Below are positions 9,286-18,420 of a DNA stretch of 64,000 nucleotides, in pieces. Each line of letters starts with the position of its first letter. The stretch's first letter is position 1. A program made the position numbers and the translations under genes. The DNA is from a virus: positions 39,320 through 103,319 of IMG/VR virus record IMGVR_UViG_3300044815_000115; one strand, given 5' to 3'. The notes beneath the pieces were generated by a model, which saw nothing but the letters and a program-made list of their open reading frames with translations, did not search any database and was not told the origin of the DNA.

Positions 9286-9539
9286 TGGGCTTCCTCAAGG
9301 ACCGACGGGCCGCGCGCCGTGCAACCGACGAGCGCAAGGTGCTGGCCGCGATCGCCATGCTGCGCCCGTCGCAGGCGTCCGGCTATCCGATCTCCCGGCT
9401 GGCGCACATGGGTGTCGGGAAGGTGTACGCGGTGCTGGCCCGGCTGGAGCGGTCAGGGCAGGTCGTCTCGGACTGGGCTGACGGGCCGTACCCGCGGCGG
9501 CGGCTGTACCGGGCGACTCGGGCCGGGGTGCGGTCGTGA
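9282..9539 (+). CDS. PadR-like winged-helix regulator
   Basis: SGYPISR..GKVYAVLARLERSGQVVSDW..PRRRLYR. Confidence 0.75.
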   Translation: MMGFLKDRRAARRATDERKVLAAIAMLRPSQASGYPISRLAHMGVGKVYAVLARLERSGQVVSDWADGPYPRRRLYRATRAGVRS

Positions 9540-9898
9540 CCGCGCCAACCATGTCCGAGGACGACCTCCTCTGCGCCGTCCTGGACCTCGCGAAGACGCT
9601 CGGGATCCGCTCGGCGCATTTCCGGCCGGCGCAATCGCAGACCGGGCGGTGGCTGACCGCAGTCCAGGGTGACGGGAAGGGCTACCCGGATTTGACGCTG
9701 GTCGGTAAGGGCGGCGTCCTGTTCCGGGAGTTGAAGTCCGCGAAGGGTGCGCACTACCCGGAGCAGAAGGCGTGGCTGGCGGCGCTGACCGAAGCGGGTG
9801 CTGACGCCGACAGTTGGCGCCCAGCCGACCTGCATTCGGGGCGTATCGAGGCGGAGCTCCGCGCGGTGCGCAAGACGCGAATGCGGTGCCCGCAGTGA
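9536..9898 (+). CDS. VRR-NUC domain nuclease
   Basis: GYPDLTLV..FRELKS..G..EQKAWLAAL..WRPADL. Confidence 0.85.
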   Translation: MTAPTMSEDDLLCAVLDLAKTLGIRSAHFRPAQSQTGRWLTAVQGDGKGYPDLTLVGKGGVLFRELKSAKGAHYPEQKAWLAALTEAGADADSWRPADLHSGRIEAELRAVRKTRMRCPQ

Positions 9899-10059
9899 CC
9901 GCCGTCGTCATCCCGCTGCGCAGGTCCGCCGGCCCCTGCAACTCAGGCACTATCCCGGATGGTTTCAGCCCACCGTGCGGGGACCTGGTGACACGCCCCT
10001 ACGTGTGCGGACCTCGATGCGACCGGCACCGTCCCGTCAACCGGCGGGAGGCGTCGTGA
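9895..10059 (+). CDS. small Cys-rich hypothetical protein
   Basis: GTGA-coupled both ends. Confidence 0.55.
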   Translation: MTAVVIPLRRSAGPCNSGTIPDGFSPPCGDLVTRPYVCGPRCDRHRPVNRREAS

Positions 10060-10871
10060 ACACCGCCCCAATCGACCGTTCCGGCTGTCCCGCCAGACGC
10101 CACGGCGAGTACTGGATGGTCCACAAGGACGGCTGCCGCTGCCCCGACGCGGTCTTCGCCTACTTCCGGTACAACAAGGCGAAGAAGCGCGGAGAGCGCC
10201 GTGTCGTCGACGCGACAGCGGCCCGACGCATCACCCAGGGGCTCGCCTTCCACGGCTTCCACGTCGACCTCATCGCCGAGATGGCGGGTGTCAGCGCCCG
10301 GACTGTGGCCGGTTTACAGTCCGGTTCGAAACCGACCCTGTGGCGCAGCAAGGACGAGGCCCTGCGACAACTCGCCCGGAGCATCCGCCTCGACCAGCCA
10401 CGCAGCGGATGGGATGCGAATCGTGCCCGCTCGGCCGCCCGCCGCAACGGCTGGGTGCCCCTCGCGGCGTGGGATGACGAGACCATCGGTAACCCCACTG
10501 TTGGACCGGAACTGGGCGGCCGGGGTGAGGACATCGTCGACGAGGTTGCTGTCGCTCTCGCCGTCAAAGGCGAAAGGTTGCGCCTGACCGATTCGGAGCA
10601 GGTTGAGGCGCTGCGCCTGGGCGTGAGGCAGGGCGAGCCCCTGTCGGAGGTTTCGAGTCGGCTCGGCATCAACTACTCGGGCGCCCGGCGGCTTGTGGCC
10701 GGCGGTTCGACGCCACGCCGGAGCAAGCAGGCTCGTGTTGAAGCCGAGGTGGTTCGTGTCGGCGCCACCCACGACGACCGTGCTATCGCCGCCCTGGTGG
10801 GCGTGCATTTCACGACCGTTGCCCGCGCCCGCCAGCGTCTCGCTGAGCGGCAACAACAACTTGCGTCCTGA
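10056..10871 (+). CDS. multi-HTH DNA-binding protein
   Basis: HG..GCRC N-term, three HTH-like segments, GWVPLAAWDD and DEVAV motifs. Confidence 0.75.
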   Translation: MNTAPIDRSGCPARRHGEYWMVHKDGCRCPDAVFAYFRYNKAKKRGERRVVDATAARRITQGLAFHGFHVDLIAEMAGVSARTVAGLQSGSKPTLWRSKDEALRQLARSIRLDQPRSGWDANRARSAARRNGWVPLAAWDDETIGNPTVGPELGGRGEDIVDEVAVALAVKGERLRLTDSEQVEALRLGVRQGEPLSEVSSRLGINYSGARRLVAGGSTPRRSKQARVEAEVVRVGATHDDRAIAALVGVHFTTVARARQRLAERQQQLAS

Positions 10872-10887
10872 AATCGATCGGAGTCCC

Positions 10888-11097
10888 ATGTCCCACACCC
10901 ACATGATCGAGACGACTGGCGGCCTGCCCACGTCGGCCCTGCTACGCGACGCCTTGGAGCAGTTGAGACGGTTCCGCGACTTCACCGAATGGTGCGCCCG
11001 ACTCGACCAGCCGGACCCGCAGCCGTCCGAGGAGCAGGCACGGTTGAGGCTTGAGATCCGGCACGTCGCCGAGACGGCGCGGGCGGTGCTGTCATGA
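10888..11097 (+). CDS. hypothetical protein
   Basis: GGAG SD; coupled to next. Confidence 0.55.
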   Translation: MSHTHMIETTGGLPTSALLRDALEQLRRFRDFTEWCARLDQPDPQPSEEQARLRLEIRHVAETARAVLS

Positions 11098-11402
11098 CCG
11101 TCACCTACATGCCCACGCAGACCGCCGCTTTCCTCGCCGCGGGCTGTTTCCAGCACCTGTGGGATCAGGTGCAGGACGAGCAGTCGCAGGGCTGCTGCCC
11201 CGAATGCTGCGCCCCGTGCAGCGGGTTGCGGGCACTGTTCGAGCTCGGCCAGCTGGACGACCTGTACGCCGCGTATGTGGAGATCGTCGGCGGGGAGCAC
11301 GGGATCTGGGATGCGGCTGCCGGGCGGGTGCGCCGTGACTGGCTGATCCCCGCCTGGTCGGTGGTCCTCGGCTGCCACGGCGAGCGCGGGGAGACGCCGT
11401 GA
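11094..11402 (+). CDS. hypothetical Cys-rich protein
   Basis: ATGA-coupled; CCPECCAPC. Confidence 0.6.
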   Translation: MTVTYMPTQTAAFLAAGCFQHLWDQVQDEQSQGCCPECCAPCSGLRALFELGQLDDLYAAYVEIVGGEHGIWDAAAGRVRRDWLIPAWSVVLGCHGERGETP

Positions 11403-11602
11403 GGAGCGCGGACACCTACAGCGGGCGAGCGTGCAACTGCTTCGAGGCTGTCATCGAAGATGGGGCGGCCGAGTTGTCTGCCCAAGTCGATGCCGTGACT
11501 ACCGACGAGTTGTTCGACCTGCAGTGGCACGCCGAGCGTCTCGCCAAGGTGGCGCGCGCTGAGTGGCTGAACCGGGTCAGGCGACCGGCGGGTGAGTCGT
11601 GA
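11399..11602 (+). CDS. hypothetical protein
   Basis: GTGA-coupled. Confidence 0.5.
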   Translation: MRSADTYSGRACNCFEAVIEDGAAELSAQVDAVTTDELFDLQWHAERLAKVARAEWLNRVRRPAGES

Positions 11603-11844
11603 CCGCGCCCGTCGTGCCGCTGCTCACCGTCACCCAGCTTCGCGTCGTCGAGGTGATCCGCGCCTACGCCGTCGAGCACGGTTTCGCGCCGTCGGTCCGG
11701 GAGATCGCCGAGCTGTCCGGCCTGTCGTCGTCGTCGTGCTGGTACCAGATCAATCAACTCGCGCGTAAGGGCTGGATCCGCCGCCACCCGCACCGGCCGC
11801 GGGCTCTGGTCGTCCTCAACCCGGCGGACGGGAGCGACTCCTGA
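11599..11844 (+). CDS. LexA-type DNA-binding domain protein (no peptidase domain)
   Basis: LT..Q..V..I..HGFAPSVREIAEL.GL.S.S....L.RKGWIRR.P.RPRAL. Confidence 0.85.
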   Translation: MTAPVVPLLTVTQLRVVEVIRAYAVEHGFAPSVREIAELSGLSSSSCWYQINQLARKGWIRRHPHRPRALVVLNPADGSDS

Positions 11845-11903
11845 TGATCCGCACGCTGGAGGAGATCAGGGCTGAACGGCCGCCGCTCGGGTGGTTGCTG
11901 TGA
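11844..11903 (+). CDS. 19-aa coupling mini-ORF
   Basis: TGATG start overlap, GTGA stop overlap. Confidence 0.4.
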   Translation: MIRTLEEIRAERPPLGWLL

Positions 11904-12109
11904 CGAACTACCCGACGACCCGGTTGGCGCGCGGCTCGGCCCGGCGTGAAGTCCTGGACCGCTACCTGGAACGTGCCGTCCGGGACGCACATCGGGACAC
12001 CCGGACTATCGCGTGCGCGGAGGACCGCCATGTCGGCCAGTTGGGCGGGTGTGCGGTGGACGGCACCCGATGCCTGTGCGGCTGCCACGACCCGGCGGTG
12101 ACGTCGTGA
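11900..12109 (+). CDS. hypothetical protein (CxCxCH C-terminus)
   Basis: coupled; CLCGCHD. Confidence 0.55.
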   Translation: MTNYPTTRLARGSARREVLDRYLERAVRDAHRDTRTIACAEDRHVGQLGGCAVDGTRCLCGCHDPAVTS

Positions 12110-12474
12110 TGAACGGCTACGAGTACGGCTACGCCCGGGGTGAGGACACCGTGTGGTGCATCCGTAAGGACGGTGTGAAGGCGCGGATGTTGTGCGGCCG
12201 GGAGGTCGGGTTCGTGCCCGTCATCCAACCGGAGCATCCGAAAAGTGTGCACCGGGACTGCATTGAGGCCATGTACGGGGCTGTGCAGAGGGCCGTGGAC
12301 CGGCCGTCGTCGCAGGTCGGCTATGCGGTGTGCCCTGCGTGTGCGGGTGAGGCCGCCGTGTTCCAGGGTCGGCTGCAGGCCCACGGTGAGTGGAGGGTCG
12401 GCCCGGACGGTGGGCGGTATCAGTCCGAGGTGCCGTGTGTTGGCGTGAATTTGCCTGCCCGGAGGAAGCGGTGA
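12106..12474 (+). CDS. hypothetical Zn-binding protein
   Basis: GTGA-coupled; LCG..HRDC..CPAC..H..C. Confidence 0.6.
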   Translation: MMNGYEYGYARGEDTVWCIRKDGVKARMLCGREVGFVPVIQPEHPKSVHRDCIEAMYGAVQRAVDRPSSQVGYAVCPACAGEAAVFQGRLQAHGEWRVGPDGGRYQSEVPCVGVNLPARRKR

Positions 12475-12500
12475 GGGCGGCGGGTGCGGAGGGCTGTCGG

Positions 12501-12746
12501 CTACTCGGTCTGCGCCGCTTCGGCCTTTTCGGCTTCAGAGACCAGTGTGCCGACGTACTCGCGGGTGTACCCGGCCCTGCGGCCGACCTCAGACTTCGAC
12601 ATTCCGGATCTGACTGCCGCAACACAGGCGGCGTGCAGAGTCTCGCGCTGGACGTCGAGCTGCTTCTGGATACGGCTGAACGTACGAGCAGCTTCATCGA
12701 GGGCGAGTGCCTCGTCGGACTTGGTGAGACGGCGAGGACCGGGCAT
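12501..12746 (-). CDS. small HTH DNA-binding protein (antisense, likely leaderless)
   Basis: AAVRSGMSKSEVGRRAGYTREYVGTL; same architecture as 3124-3384. Confidence 0.8.
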   Translation of the reverse strand: MPGPRRLTKSDEALALDEAARTFSRIQKQLDVQRETLHAACVAAVRSGMSKSEVGRRAGYTREYVGTLVSEAEKAEAAQTE

Positions 12747-12889
12747 GTGCGGGATTGTCGCACAAGCGTGATCGCGAAGCAGGGTAGCGGACTCTGTTCT
12801 CGTTTGTCCTTGGGCTTGAAAGTGTGAAGTCACTCCGCAATACTAGTTCGCGTACCTAGTCCGCGTTAACCCGCCTTGGAGGACGCCGC
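12747..12889. promoter_or_regulatory. divergent promoter with 13-bp-period repeats
   Basis: TTGAAA-N17-AATACT; TCACTCCGCAATA/CTAGTTCGCGTAC/CTAGTCCGCGTTA. Confidence 0.6.
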
Positions 12890-13087
12890 ATGAGCTACCA
12901 GCGACCCGAACTCGGCCCTTACACCCGCAAGTCCGACGGCGCCGACGTTCTCGTCCTCGGCTCCACCGGCAGCGAGTGGAACGACAGCGTCCTCTGCTCG
13001 CGCACGACTGAGGACGGCAAACGCACTTGGCATGTCCGGCTGGAGAACTTCTGGAAGAAGTACGAGCCGAAGGGCGATGCCACGTGA
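12890..13087 (+). CDS. hypothetical protein (small beta domain)
   Basis: GGAGGA SD; first gene after promoter. Confidence 0.65.
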   Translation: MSYQRPELGPYTRKSDGADVLVLGSTGSEWNDSVLCSRTTEDGKRTWHVRLENFWKKYEPKGDAT

Positions 13088-13542
13088 CCGCCGTTCCCGT
13101 CGAGATCGCCTCCGACTTCCTCGATGTCGCCTCCGTCGTAACCGGCGGCTCCTCCCTGCCGCTGACCGGCTGGCAGCGCACCGCCGCCATCCAGGCCATG
13201 CACGCCCTCGACTACCGCATCGAACGCATCCAGCAGGCGTTGCAGATCGAACGGCGCTGGTATCTGGCAAGGGTGGCCCGCGAAGAGGCGGGCATCGACT
13301 TGTACGCGGGCGACGACCAGCCCGACCTGCTCGCCGTCGAATGGGTTCGTGCCGGCGCCCGGCTGCGGCTTCGGGGTGCCGACCGGGACGCGGCGATTGT
13401 CGCGTTGGCGGCTGACGGCAAATCCGCGCCCGAGATCGCCCGGCGGATCGGCATCTCGTCCACCGAGGTTTCGAAGGCCGCCCAACGGCTGGGTGTGGCC
13501 ACGAACGCGGGCAAAAACAACCGCACCCTCATCGCCGCCTGA
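13084..13542 (+). CDS. HTH DNA-binding protein
   Basis: PDLLAVEW..LAADGKSAPEIARRIGISSTEV. Confidence 0.7.
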   Translation: MTAVPVEIASDFLDVASVVTGGSSLPLTGWQRTAAIQAMHALDYRIERIQQALQIERRWYLARVAREEAGIDLYAGDDQPDLLAVEWVRAGARLRLRGADRDAAIVALAADGKSAPEIARRIGISSTEVSKAAQRLGVATNAGKNNRTLIAA

Positions 13543-13557
13543 CCCCCTGGAGGAACC

Positions 13558-14148
13558 GTGACCGACACAAGGACCACCGACCCCTGCTACTACTGCAACG
13601 ACGCAGGCTGCGCCAGCTGCGACGCCACACTCGACACCACGCCCGGCGGCATCGTCCGTCTCGCCGCGGACAGGATCGGCGAGAGCGGCTACACCGACAC
13701 CAGCATCTACGCGCTCACCGCCGACCTGCTCCAGGTCATCGGTGACGACATGGCCGACTCCGGCGCCAAAGAGCAGGAGTACCCGAACCATGCCGCGTTC
13801 GCCCGCTGGCAGGTCGTCGACGAGTACGGCAAGGGATGGATCAACCATCCCGGCTGGGATGAGGCACTGAAGCTGGCCCGCGCGATCCTCGGCCAGTCGG
13901 AACCGAACCGGGCCGACCATGTCGTTGACTCGCAGGCCGTCGTGGATCACTGGAACGAACAGCACCCGGTCGGCACCTCGGTTCGCTACTGGACCGGCGA
14001 CCGGCAGGGCGACGGGAAGGTCAGCCGGACCCGCTCGCGCGCCGATCTGCTGGGTGGCCACACCGCCGTCGTCTGGGTCGAGGGGCACGGTGCCTGCATC
14101 GCCCTGTCGCACATCCGCGTGCTCACCGAAGCGGAGGCGGCCCGATGA
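13558..14148 (+). CDS. hypothetical two-domain protein
   Basis: GGAGGA SD; C-term WNEQHPVGTSVRY..TRSRA..LGGHTAVVW. Confidence 0.7.
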   Translation: MTDTRTTDPCYYCNDAGCASCDATLDTTPGGIVRLAADRIGESGYTDTSIYALTADLLQVIGDDMADSGAKEQEYPNHAAFARWQVVDEYGKGWINHPGWDEALKLARAILGQSEPNRADHVVDSQAVVDHWNEQHPVGTSVRYWTGDRQGDGKVSRTRSRADLLGGHTAVVWVEGHGACIALSHIRVLTEAEAAR

Positions 14149-14504
14149 CCGATCAACTCGTCCGGGTGAGCTCGTACGGCCAGCCGGTCTTCCAGGGTCT
14201 CACCGGCCCGCTATGGCGCCATGCATGCGGGCATCTCACCTCCGTGGACCTGCTCGCCGATGGCGACGCCCAGCTTCAGCCCTGGCAGCGCCCGTGCGAG
14301 GGCTGTGGTGTTCGTGACGGCTGGATTCCTTACGGCAACTGTGACGGCTGGCTCCCGCTGCTCACCTACACCGGGCCGCTGTGTGACCAGTGCCAGGGCA
14401 ACGGCTGGGTGCCCATTGCAGGAAAAGTGAACAGCGCTCCGTACGGATTCGTGACGGTCACAGAGTGCACAGCGTGCGAGGCGTCTGGGATGGACACCCG
14501 ATGA
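14145..14504 (+). CDS. hypothetical Zn-finger protein
   Basis: CDQCQGNG..CTACEASG. Confidence 0.6.
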   Translation: MTDQLVRVSSYGQPVFQGLTGPLWRHACGHLTSVDLLADGDAQLQPWQRPCEGCGVRDGWIPYGNCDGWLPLLTYTGPLCDQCQGNGWVPIAGKVNSAPYGFVTVTECTACEASGMDTR

Positions 14505-14812
14505 CCACCTACGTAACCAAGGTTCAGTCGAACGGCAAGCTGAAGCGCGGCCCGTGCGTGTCGGTCCCGAACCGGGAGTGGAGCGAGCCGATCCCGGACG
14601 AGCTGCTGACCCTGATCGACGCGGCCCAACTCGTGGTCGACGACAACGACCACGCGTACACCGTCTACGACTGGGGGAAGGCGGTTGGCTTTGCTCGGCT
14701 CGACGCCGAGGGTGAGTGGCTTGTCTGGCAGGTCGGCGCAGAAGCCCGGCGGGTGCCGACCCGCGACGGCGCGCTGACGGCCCTCGTCGCTGAGGCGGTG
14801 AGCGTCCGATGA
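14501..14812 (+). CDS. hypothetical protein
   Basis: ATGA-coupled. Confidence 0.6.
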   Translation: MTTYVTKVQSNGKLKRGPCVSVPNREWSEPIPDELLTLIDAAQLVVDDNDHAYTVYDWGKAVGFARLDAEGEWLVWQVGAEARRVPTRDGALTALVAEAVSVR

Positions 14813-15132
14813 GTGACGACAACGTCATGATGGGAATCTGCGGCTCCGACGGCTTGTGCTCGCTGTGTGCCGCCGAGGACCGCACCGGCAGCGACGGATG
14901 CGGCTCGTACTTCCGGGCCGGCACCGCCCGTCCTGGGCTGTCCATCACCACGATTGAGATCACCCACCCGCAGGGGTTCGGGGATCACGAATTCGAGTAC
15001 GACGCGGGCAACGACCTGTTCAAGTGCACGCACTGCGGCGGCTACGAAATCGCGTTGCGCAATCCCGAGACCGGCGAGATCCCGCAGTGTCCCGGACCTG
15101 AGCGCACGAACGGCGGCGTGGACCATGCCTGA
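14809..15132 (+). CDS. hypothetical Cys-rich protein
   Basis: ATGA-coupled. Confidence 0.6.
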   Translation: MSDDNVMMGICGSDGLCSLCAAEDRTGSDGCGSYFRAGTARPGLSITTIEITHPQGFGDHEFEYDAGNDLFKCTHCGGYEIALRNPETGEIPQCPGPERTNGGVDHA

Positions 15133-15388
15133 CCTGACGATGATCTACATCACCGCCGACCCGCAGGACGGCGCTGCGGAGCTCCGGTGCACGGACCACC
15201 CGGAGTGGTGGGCCGACGCCGACGGCACCGACTTGCCGTCGGCGGTCCGGACCGCGAGGGGCCATTTCCGCGACGAACACCGGGCGCACGTGACCGACTG
15301 CATGTGCAGCGGCACACAGGTGATTGATCAGCGGTGCATCCCGGACGTCGCGGTCACCGTGCCCAACCCGTCGGGCGGTACGTCGTGA
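15125..15388 (+). CDS. hypothetical protein
   Basis: overlapping chain. Confidence 0.55.
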   Translation: MPDLTMIYITADPQDGAAELRCTDHPEWWADADGTDLPSAVRTARGHFRDEHRAHVTDCMCSGTQVIDQRCIPDVAVTVPNPSGGTS

Positions 15389-15681
15389 TCTTCAGCGAAG
15401 CGCATGGGCCGGACTTTGACCTGATCGTCTGCGGCACGCCAGGGCCGAAGTCGGCCCACCGATTCCCGGACAAGTACGTCAGCTGCGAGCACGGCCCGGA
15501 GGGCGCGGACGATGGCACTACCGACTCCGATCCGTTCCGATGCGTCTGCCCGGTCGATCCGTACGCGGGCCGCGTCACCCGGGCCGCCGCCGATTGCCCG
15601 GCACACCAGGCCCGATACGCCGCTCAGCAGTTCGCGAGCGATAACGCTTCCTCGCAGGCCGAGGGTGGTGGAGACCGGTGA
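15385..15681 (+). CDS. hypothetical Cys-rich protein
   Basis: GTGA-coupled; CVCP..DCPAH. Confidence 0.55.
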   Translation: MIFSEAHGPDFDLIVCGTPGPKSAHRFPDKYVSCEHGPEGADDGTTDSDPFRCVCPVDPYAGRVTRAAADCPAHQARYAAQQFASDNASSQAEGGGDR

Positions 15682-16025
15682 TCCACGACGAATCGTCGCC
15701 GGACGGCGCCCTCGACGCCCTGCTCGACGCGCCCATCCGGTTCTGGCAGTGCCCCGTTGAAGGCCATCGCTACCGGACCGACCGCGACGGCTTTCCCCTC
15801 GCAACCGTCGAATGGGACGGCGGCGTCGCAGGCTGCCTCTTCCGCGGCTGCGGACGCATCTCAACCGACCCCGTCCCCCGCGGCGAATGCTGGTGCGACG
15901 GCGATACCCCCGACGGCGAGGAATGCGCAGGCGAATGCTGCGGGATCGGGCAGTGCTCGTGCACCCCGGACCAGGCAGCGACCGACGCCGGCTCAGGCCT
16001 CTCCGGCGGTGACAGCGATGCCTGA
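15678..16025 (+). CDS. hypothetical Cys-rich protein
   Basis: GTGA-coupled; many Cys. Confidence 0.6.
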   Translation: MIHDESSPDGALDALLDAPIRFWQCPVEGHRYRTDRDGFPLATVEWDGGVAGCLFRGCGRISTDPVPRGECWCDGDTPDGEECAGECCGIGQCSCTPDQAATDAGSGLSGGDSDA

Positions 16026-16347
16026 GCCCATGGACATCCGCGCCGTTCAGGCCGCGCTGTGGAAGAACAAGGTCGCGAAGGGTTTCAACCTGACCGACGT
16101 GCCACTCGAGTTCTGCCTTCTGCAGGGTGAGGTCGCCGAGGCGTTCGTTGCGTGGCGCAAGAGCCTGCCGGACCTTGACGAGGAGTTGGCCGACGTCGTC
16201 CTGTACGTGGCCGCGCTCGCCGAGATGACCGACATCGACCTTCAGGACGCCGTGGAGCGGAAGTTGGCGAAGAACGCCGGGCGCACGTATGTCACCGGGG
16301 CGAACGGCTACATGGTGCGCGTTGGCTCGGGCGGTGAAGGCCGGTGA
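16018..16347 (+). CDS. MazG-like nucleotide pyrophosphohydrolase
   Basis: LLQGEVAEAF..DEELADVVLY..DLQDAVERKLAKN. Confidence 0.85.
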   Translation: MPEPMDIRAVQAALWKNKVAKGFNLTDVPLEFCLLQGEVAEAFVAWRKSLPDLDEELADVVLYVAALAEMTDIDLQDAVERKLAKNAGRTYVTGANGYMVRVGSGGEGR

Positions 16348-16613
16348 CCTGCCTGCGCATCAAGGGTCCGGGGGGAACCCCCATCATGCTCTGCTCCGAG
16401 ATCGAGAAGACGCATCCCGACCCGGACTGCCCGAACGCGGACCAGCACACACCCCACCCGGCGGGTTACATCCAGCACTCGGACTGGGCCGAATCGATGC
16501 TCACGACCCACCGCCAGCAGCGATGCGAGGGCTGCGGGAACTGGAACATCTGGACGCCCAAGGGCCACTCCGGCGCCAATACCGGTTCAAGCCCCTCTGG
16601 CGGCCCCTCATGA
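16344..16613 (+). CDS. hypothetical Zn-binding protein
   Basis: CPNADQHTPHPAGY..W..THRQQRCEGCG. Confidence 0.65.
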   Translation: MTCLRIKGPGGTPIMLCSEIEKTHPDPDCPNADQHTPHPAGYIQHSDWAESMLTTHRQQRCEGCGNWNIWTPKGHSGANTGSSPSGGPS

Positions 16614-16639
16614 CCGCCGCCGAGAAGGAGATGCCGTGA
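16610..16639 (+). CDS. 9-aa coupling mini-ORF (MTAAEKEMP)
   Basis: ATGA and GTGA overlaps; contains AAGGAG SD of next gene. Confidence 0.35.
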   Translation: MTAAEKEMP

Positions 16640-16821
16640 GCGTCTACATCGAGGTCGAGCTCCGCTGCGACGGCGTCGAAGGCGACCCGTTCGGTTGCAC
16701 CGCGCAGGTCTTCGCGGGCACCGGCACTCGGGCACGCGCGGACGCCCGCTCGGCTGGCTGGAAAGTTAACGCGCCTGGCGGCAAGGACTACTGCCCTGAC
16801 CACCGCGGGGACGCCCGATGA
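16636..16821 (+). CDS. small Zn-ribbon protein
   Basis: RCDG..C..AR..GW..DYCPDH. Confidence 0.65.
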   Translation: MSVYIEVELRCDGVEGDPFGCTAQVFAGTGTRARADARSAGWKVNAPGGKDYCPDHRGDAR

Positions 16822-17390
16822 CCGCCACCGAACCGCTGCACACCATCCACGGCGTCGACCTGTACGACGACGGCCTCGGCGGGCTGAAGGCGTACCGCGG
16901 GCACCAGTTCGTCGGGGCCGCCTTCCCGAGCGTCGTCCCTGAGCCGGCCGGTTCCTGGTTCGGCCGCCGTCGGGGTGAGACGGCCCGACGTTTCGGCACC
17001 CGGCATGCGGCACTCGCCTACCTGGTGGGTCCACGCCGTGTCCGGGTCCTCGGCGACCTGTACCACGGCCGGATCCCTGACGGTGCCGTCTACGTCGGCC
17101 GTGCCGCCCCAGGTCTGCCACCAAGCCCGTACGCCAACCCGCACAAGGTCGGGAAGCCGTGCCGTCTGTGCCGTGTCGAGCATGACCGGGTGGGCGCGGT
17201 GGACGCGTACCGCCGGGCACTCATGCAGCAACCCGAGTTGCTCGCCGCCGCACACCGGGACCTGGCAGGGCGTGACCTGGCCTGCTGGTGCCGACTCGAC
17301 GAAGGACCGTGCCACGCCGACGCACTGCTTGCCCTGGTCAACCCCGACGTTCATGCACCCGAGCACGACATGACCAAGGGGACGCGATGA
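16818..17390 (+). CDS. DUF4326-like protein
   Basis: GAVYVGR..SPYANPH..LAGRDLACWC..PCHADALLALVN. Confidence 0.8.
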   Translation: MTATEPLHTIHGVDLYDDGLGGLKAYRGHQFVGAAFPSVVPEPAGSWFGRRRGETARRFGTRHAALAYLVGPRRVRVLGDLYHGRIPDGAVYVGRAAPGLPPSPYANPHKVGKPCRLCRVEHDRVGAVDAYRRALMQQPELLAAAHRDLAGRDLACWCRLDEGPCHADALLALVNPDVHAPEHDMTKGTR

Positions 17391-17722
17391 GCGAGCCGAC
17401 CGTCGAGAGTTTGCAGGCGGAGATCGCCGAACTACGTGCTGAGCATGAGCGCGACGACATCAAGATTAACCGCTACTTCGACCGGCTCACCCAACGGCGC
17501 GGCGCGGTCGAGGCGGAGCTCCGCGAGGCGACCGGCGAGATCACCGAACTGCGGGTCCAACTCGACTCGGCGCGGCGCCGTGTGCAGGAACTCGCCGACA
17601 TGACGAATGCCTATTCGGACGACCTGGAGTCGGAACGGGCCCGGTCCGCGCAGCTTGTCCGGGTGATCGAGGAGCTGGGTCGGAAGCTGCTGTCCGCCGA
17701 CTTGACTGAGGAGAAGCGATGA
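17387..17722 (+). CDS. coiled-coil hypothetical protein
   Basis: ATGA-coupled; heptad pattern. Confidence 0.65.
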   Translation: MSEPTVESLQAEIAELRAEHERDDIKINRYFDRLTQRRGAVEAELREATGEITELRVQLDSARRRVQELADMTNAYSDDLESERARSAQLVRVIEELGRKLLSADLTEEKR

Positions 17723-17910
17723 GCGACATGTGGATCGAGTTGGCCAAGCGAATCACTGCCTCTGAGCGTGCCTACCGGAACCTGGCCGAACAGGACTGGC
17801 GAGACGGCGACGTCATTCGGGCGGTCCGCTATCGGGGCATGGCTGAAGGGCTGGCGATGGCCTGTGAGCACCAACGCAACCTGGCAGCCGAGTCGAGGGG
17901 AGAGCAGTGA
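17719..17910 (+). CDS. hypothetical protein
   Basis: GAGGAG SD; coupled. Confidence 0.6.
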   Translation: MSDMWIELAKRITASERAYRNLAEQDWRDGDVIRAVRYRGMAEGLAMACEHQRNLAAESRGEQ

Positions 17911-18143
17911 GCGACCCGATGGCGACCTTCGTGGTCGAGTACCCCTGCGACCGGCGGTGTCAGGTCGAACTGGACCTGTCCGACATTCACCTGCGGTTCA
18001 CCCACGGGCAGATGCTGCGGACAGCCGAGGACGCGCACCTGGAGGCGCATGAGGCGGATGCGGTCAAGGTGTTCAGCCCGCGGCCTGAAGTGGTCGTGCG
18101 GGCCGGCGTGCTGGACTCCGTCTTGACGGGCGGTCCGCGATGA
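17907..18143 (+). CDS. hypothetical protein
   Basis: GTGA-coupled. Confidence 0.55.
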   Translation: MSDPMATFVVEYPCDRRCQVELDLSDIHLRFTHGQMLRTAEDAHLEAHEADAVKVFSPRPEVVVRAGVLDSVLTGGPR

Positions 18144-18328
18144 ACCCGGCGCCCACGTCCGCCGGTTTCGTGCTGGTCCTGAAGTACTTCGACGGCAGCG
18201 GGATCCTCGGCATCTGGGGGCCGTACGCGACCGAGCAGGACGCGGAGGCCGGCAAGGAAGCGCTGCGGAAGTGGCCGATCGAAGAGGCTGACTGGTCGAT
18301 CGAGCCGCTATTCACGCCGCTCGCCTGA
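18140..18328 (+). CDS. hypothetical protein
   Basis: ATGA-coupled. Confidence 0.55.
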   Translation: MNPAPTSAGFVLVLKYFDGSGILGIWGPYATEQDAEAGKEALRKWPIEEADWSIEPLFTPLA

Positions 18329-18373
18329 CGCACCTTGCACCGTCCCGCACCGCCTACATCCACAGCGAGGAGA

Positions 18374-18412
18374 AGCCCGTGACTGTCGACGAGAGCCGAG
18401 GGGTCACGGGCT
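18374..18412. terminator. hairpin between convergent genes
   Basis: AGCCCGTGAC ... GTCACGGGCT inverted repeat. Confidence 0.5.
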
Positions 18413-18420
18413 GCTTCGGG

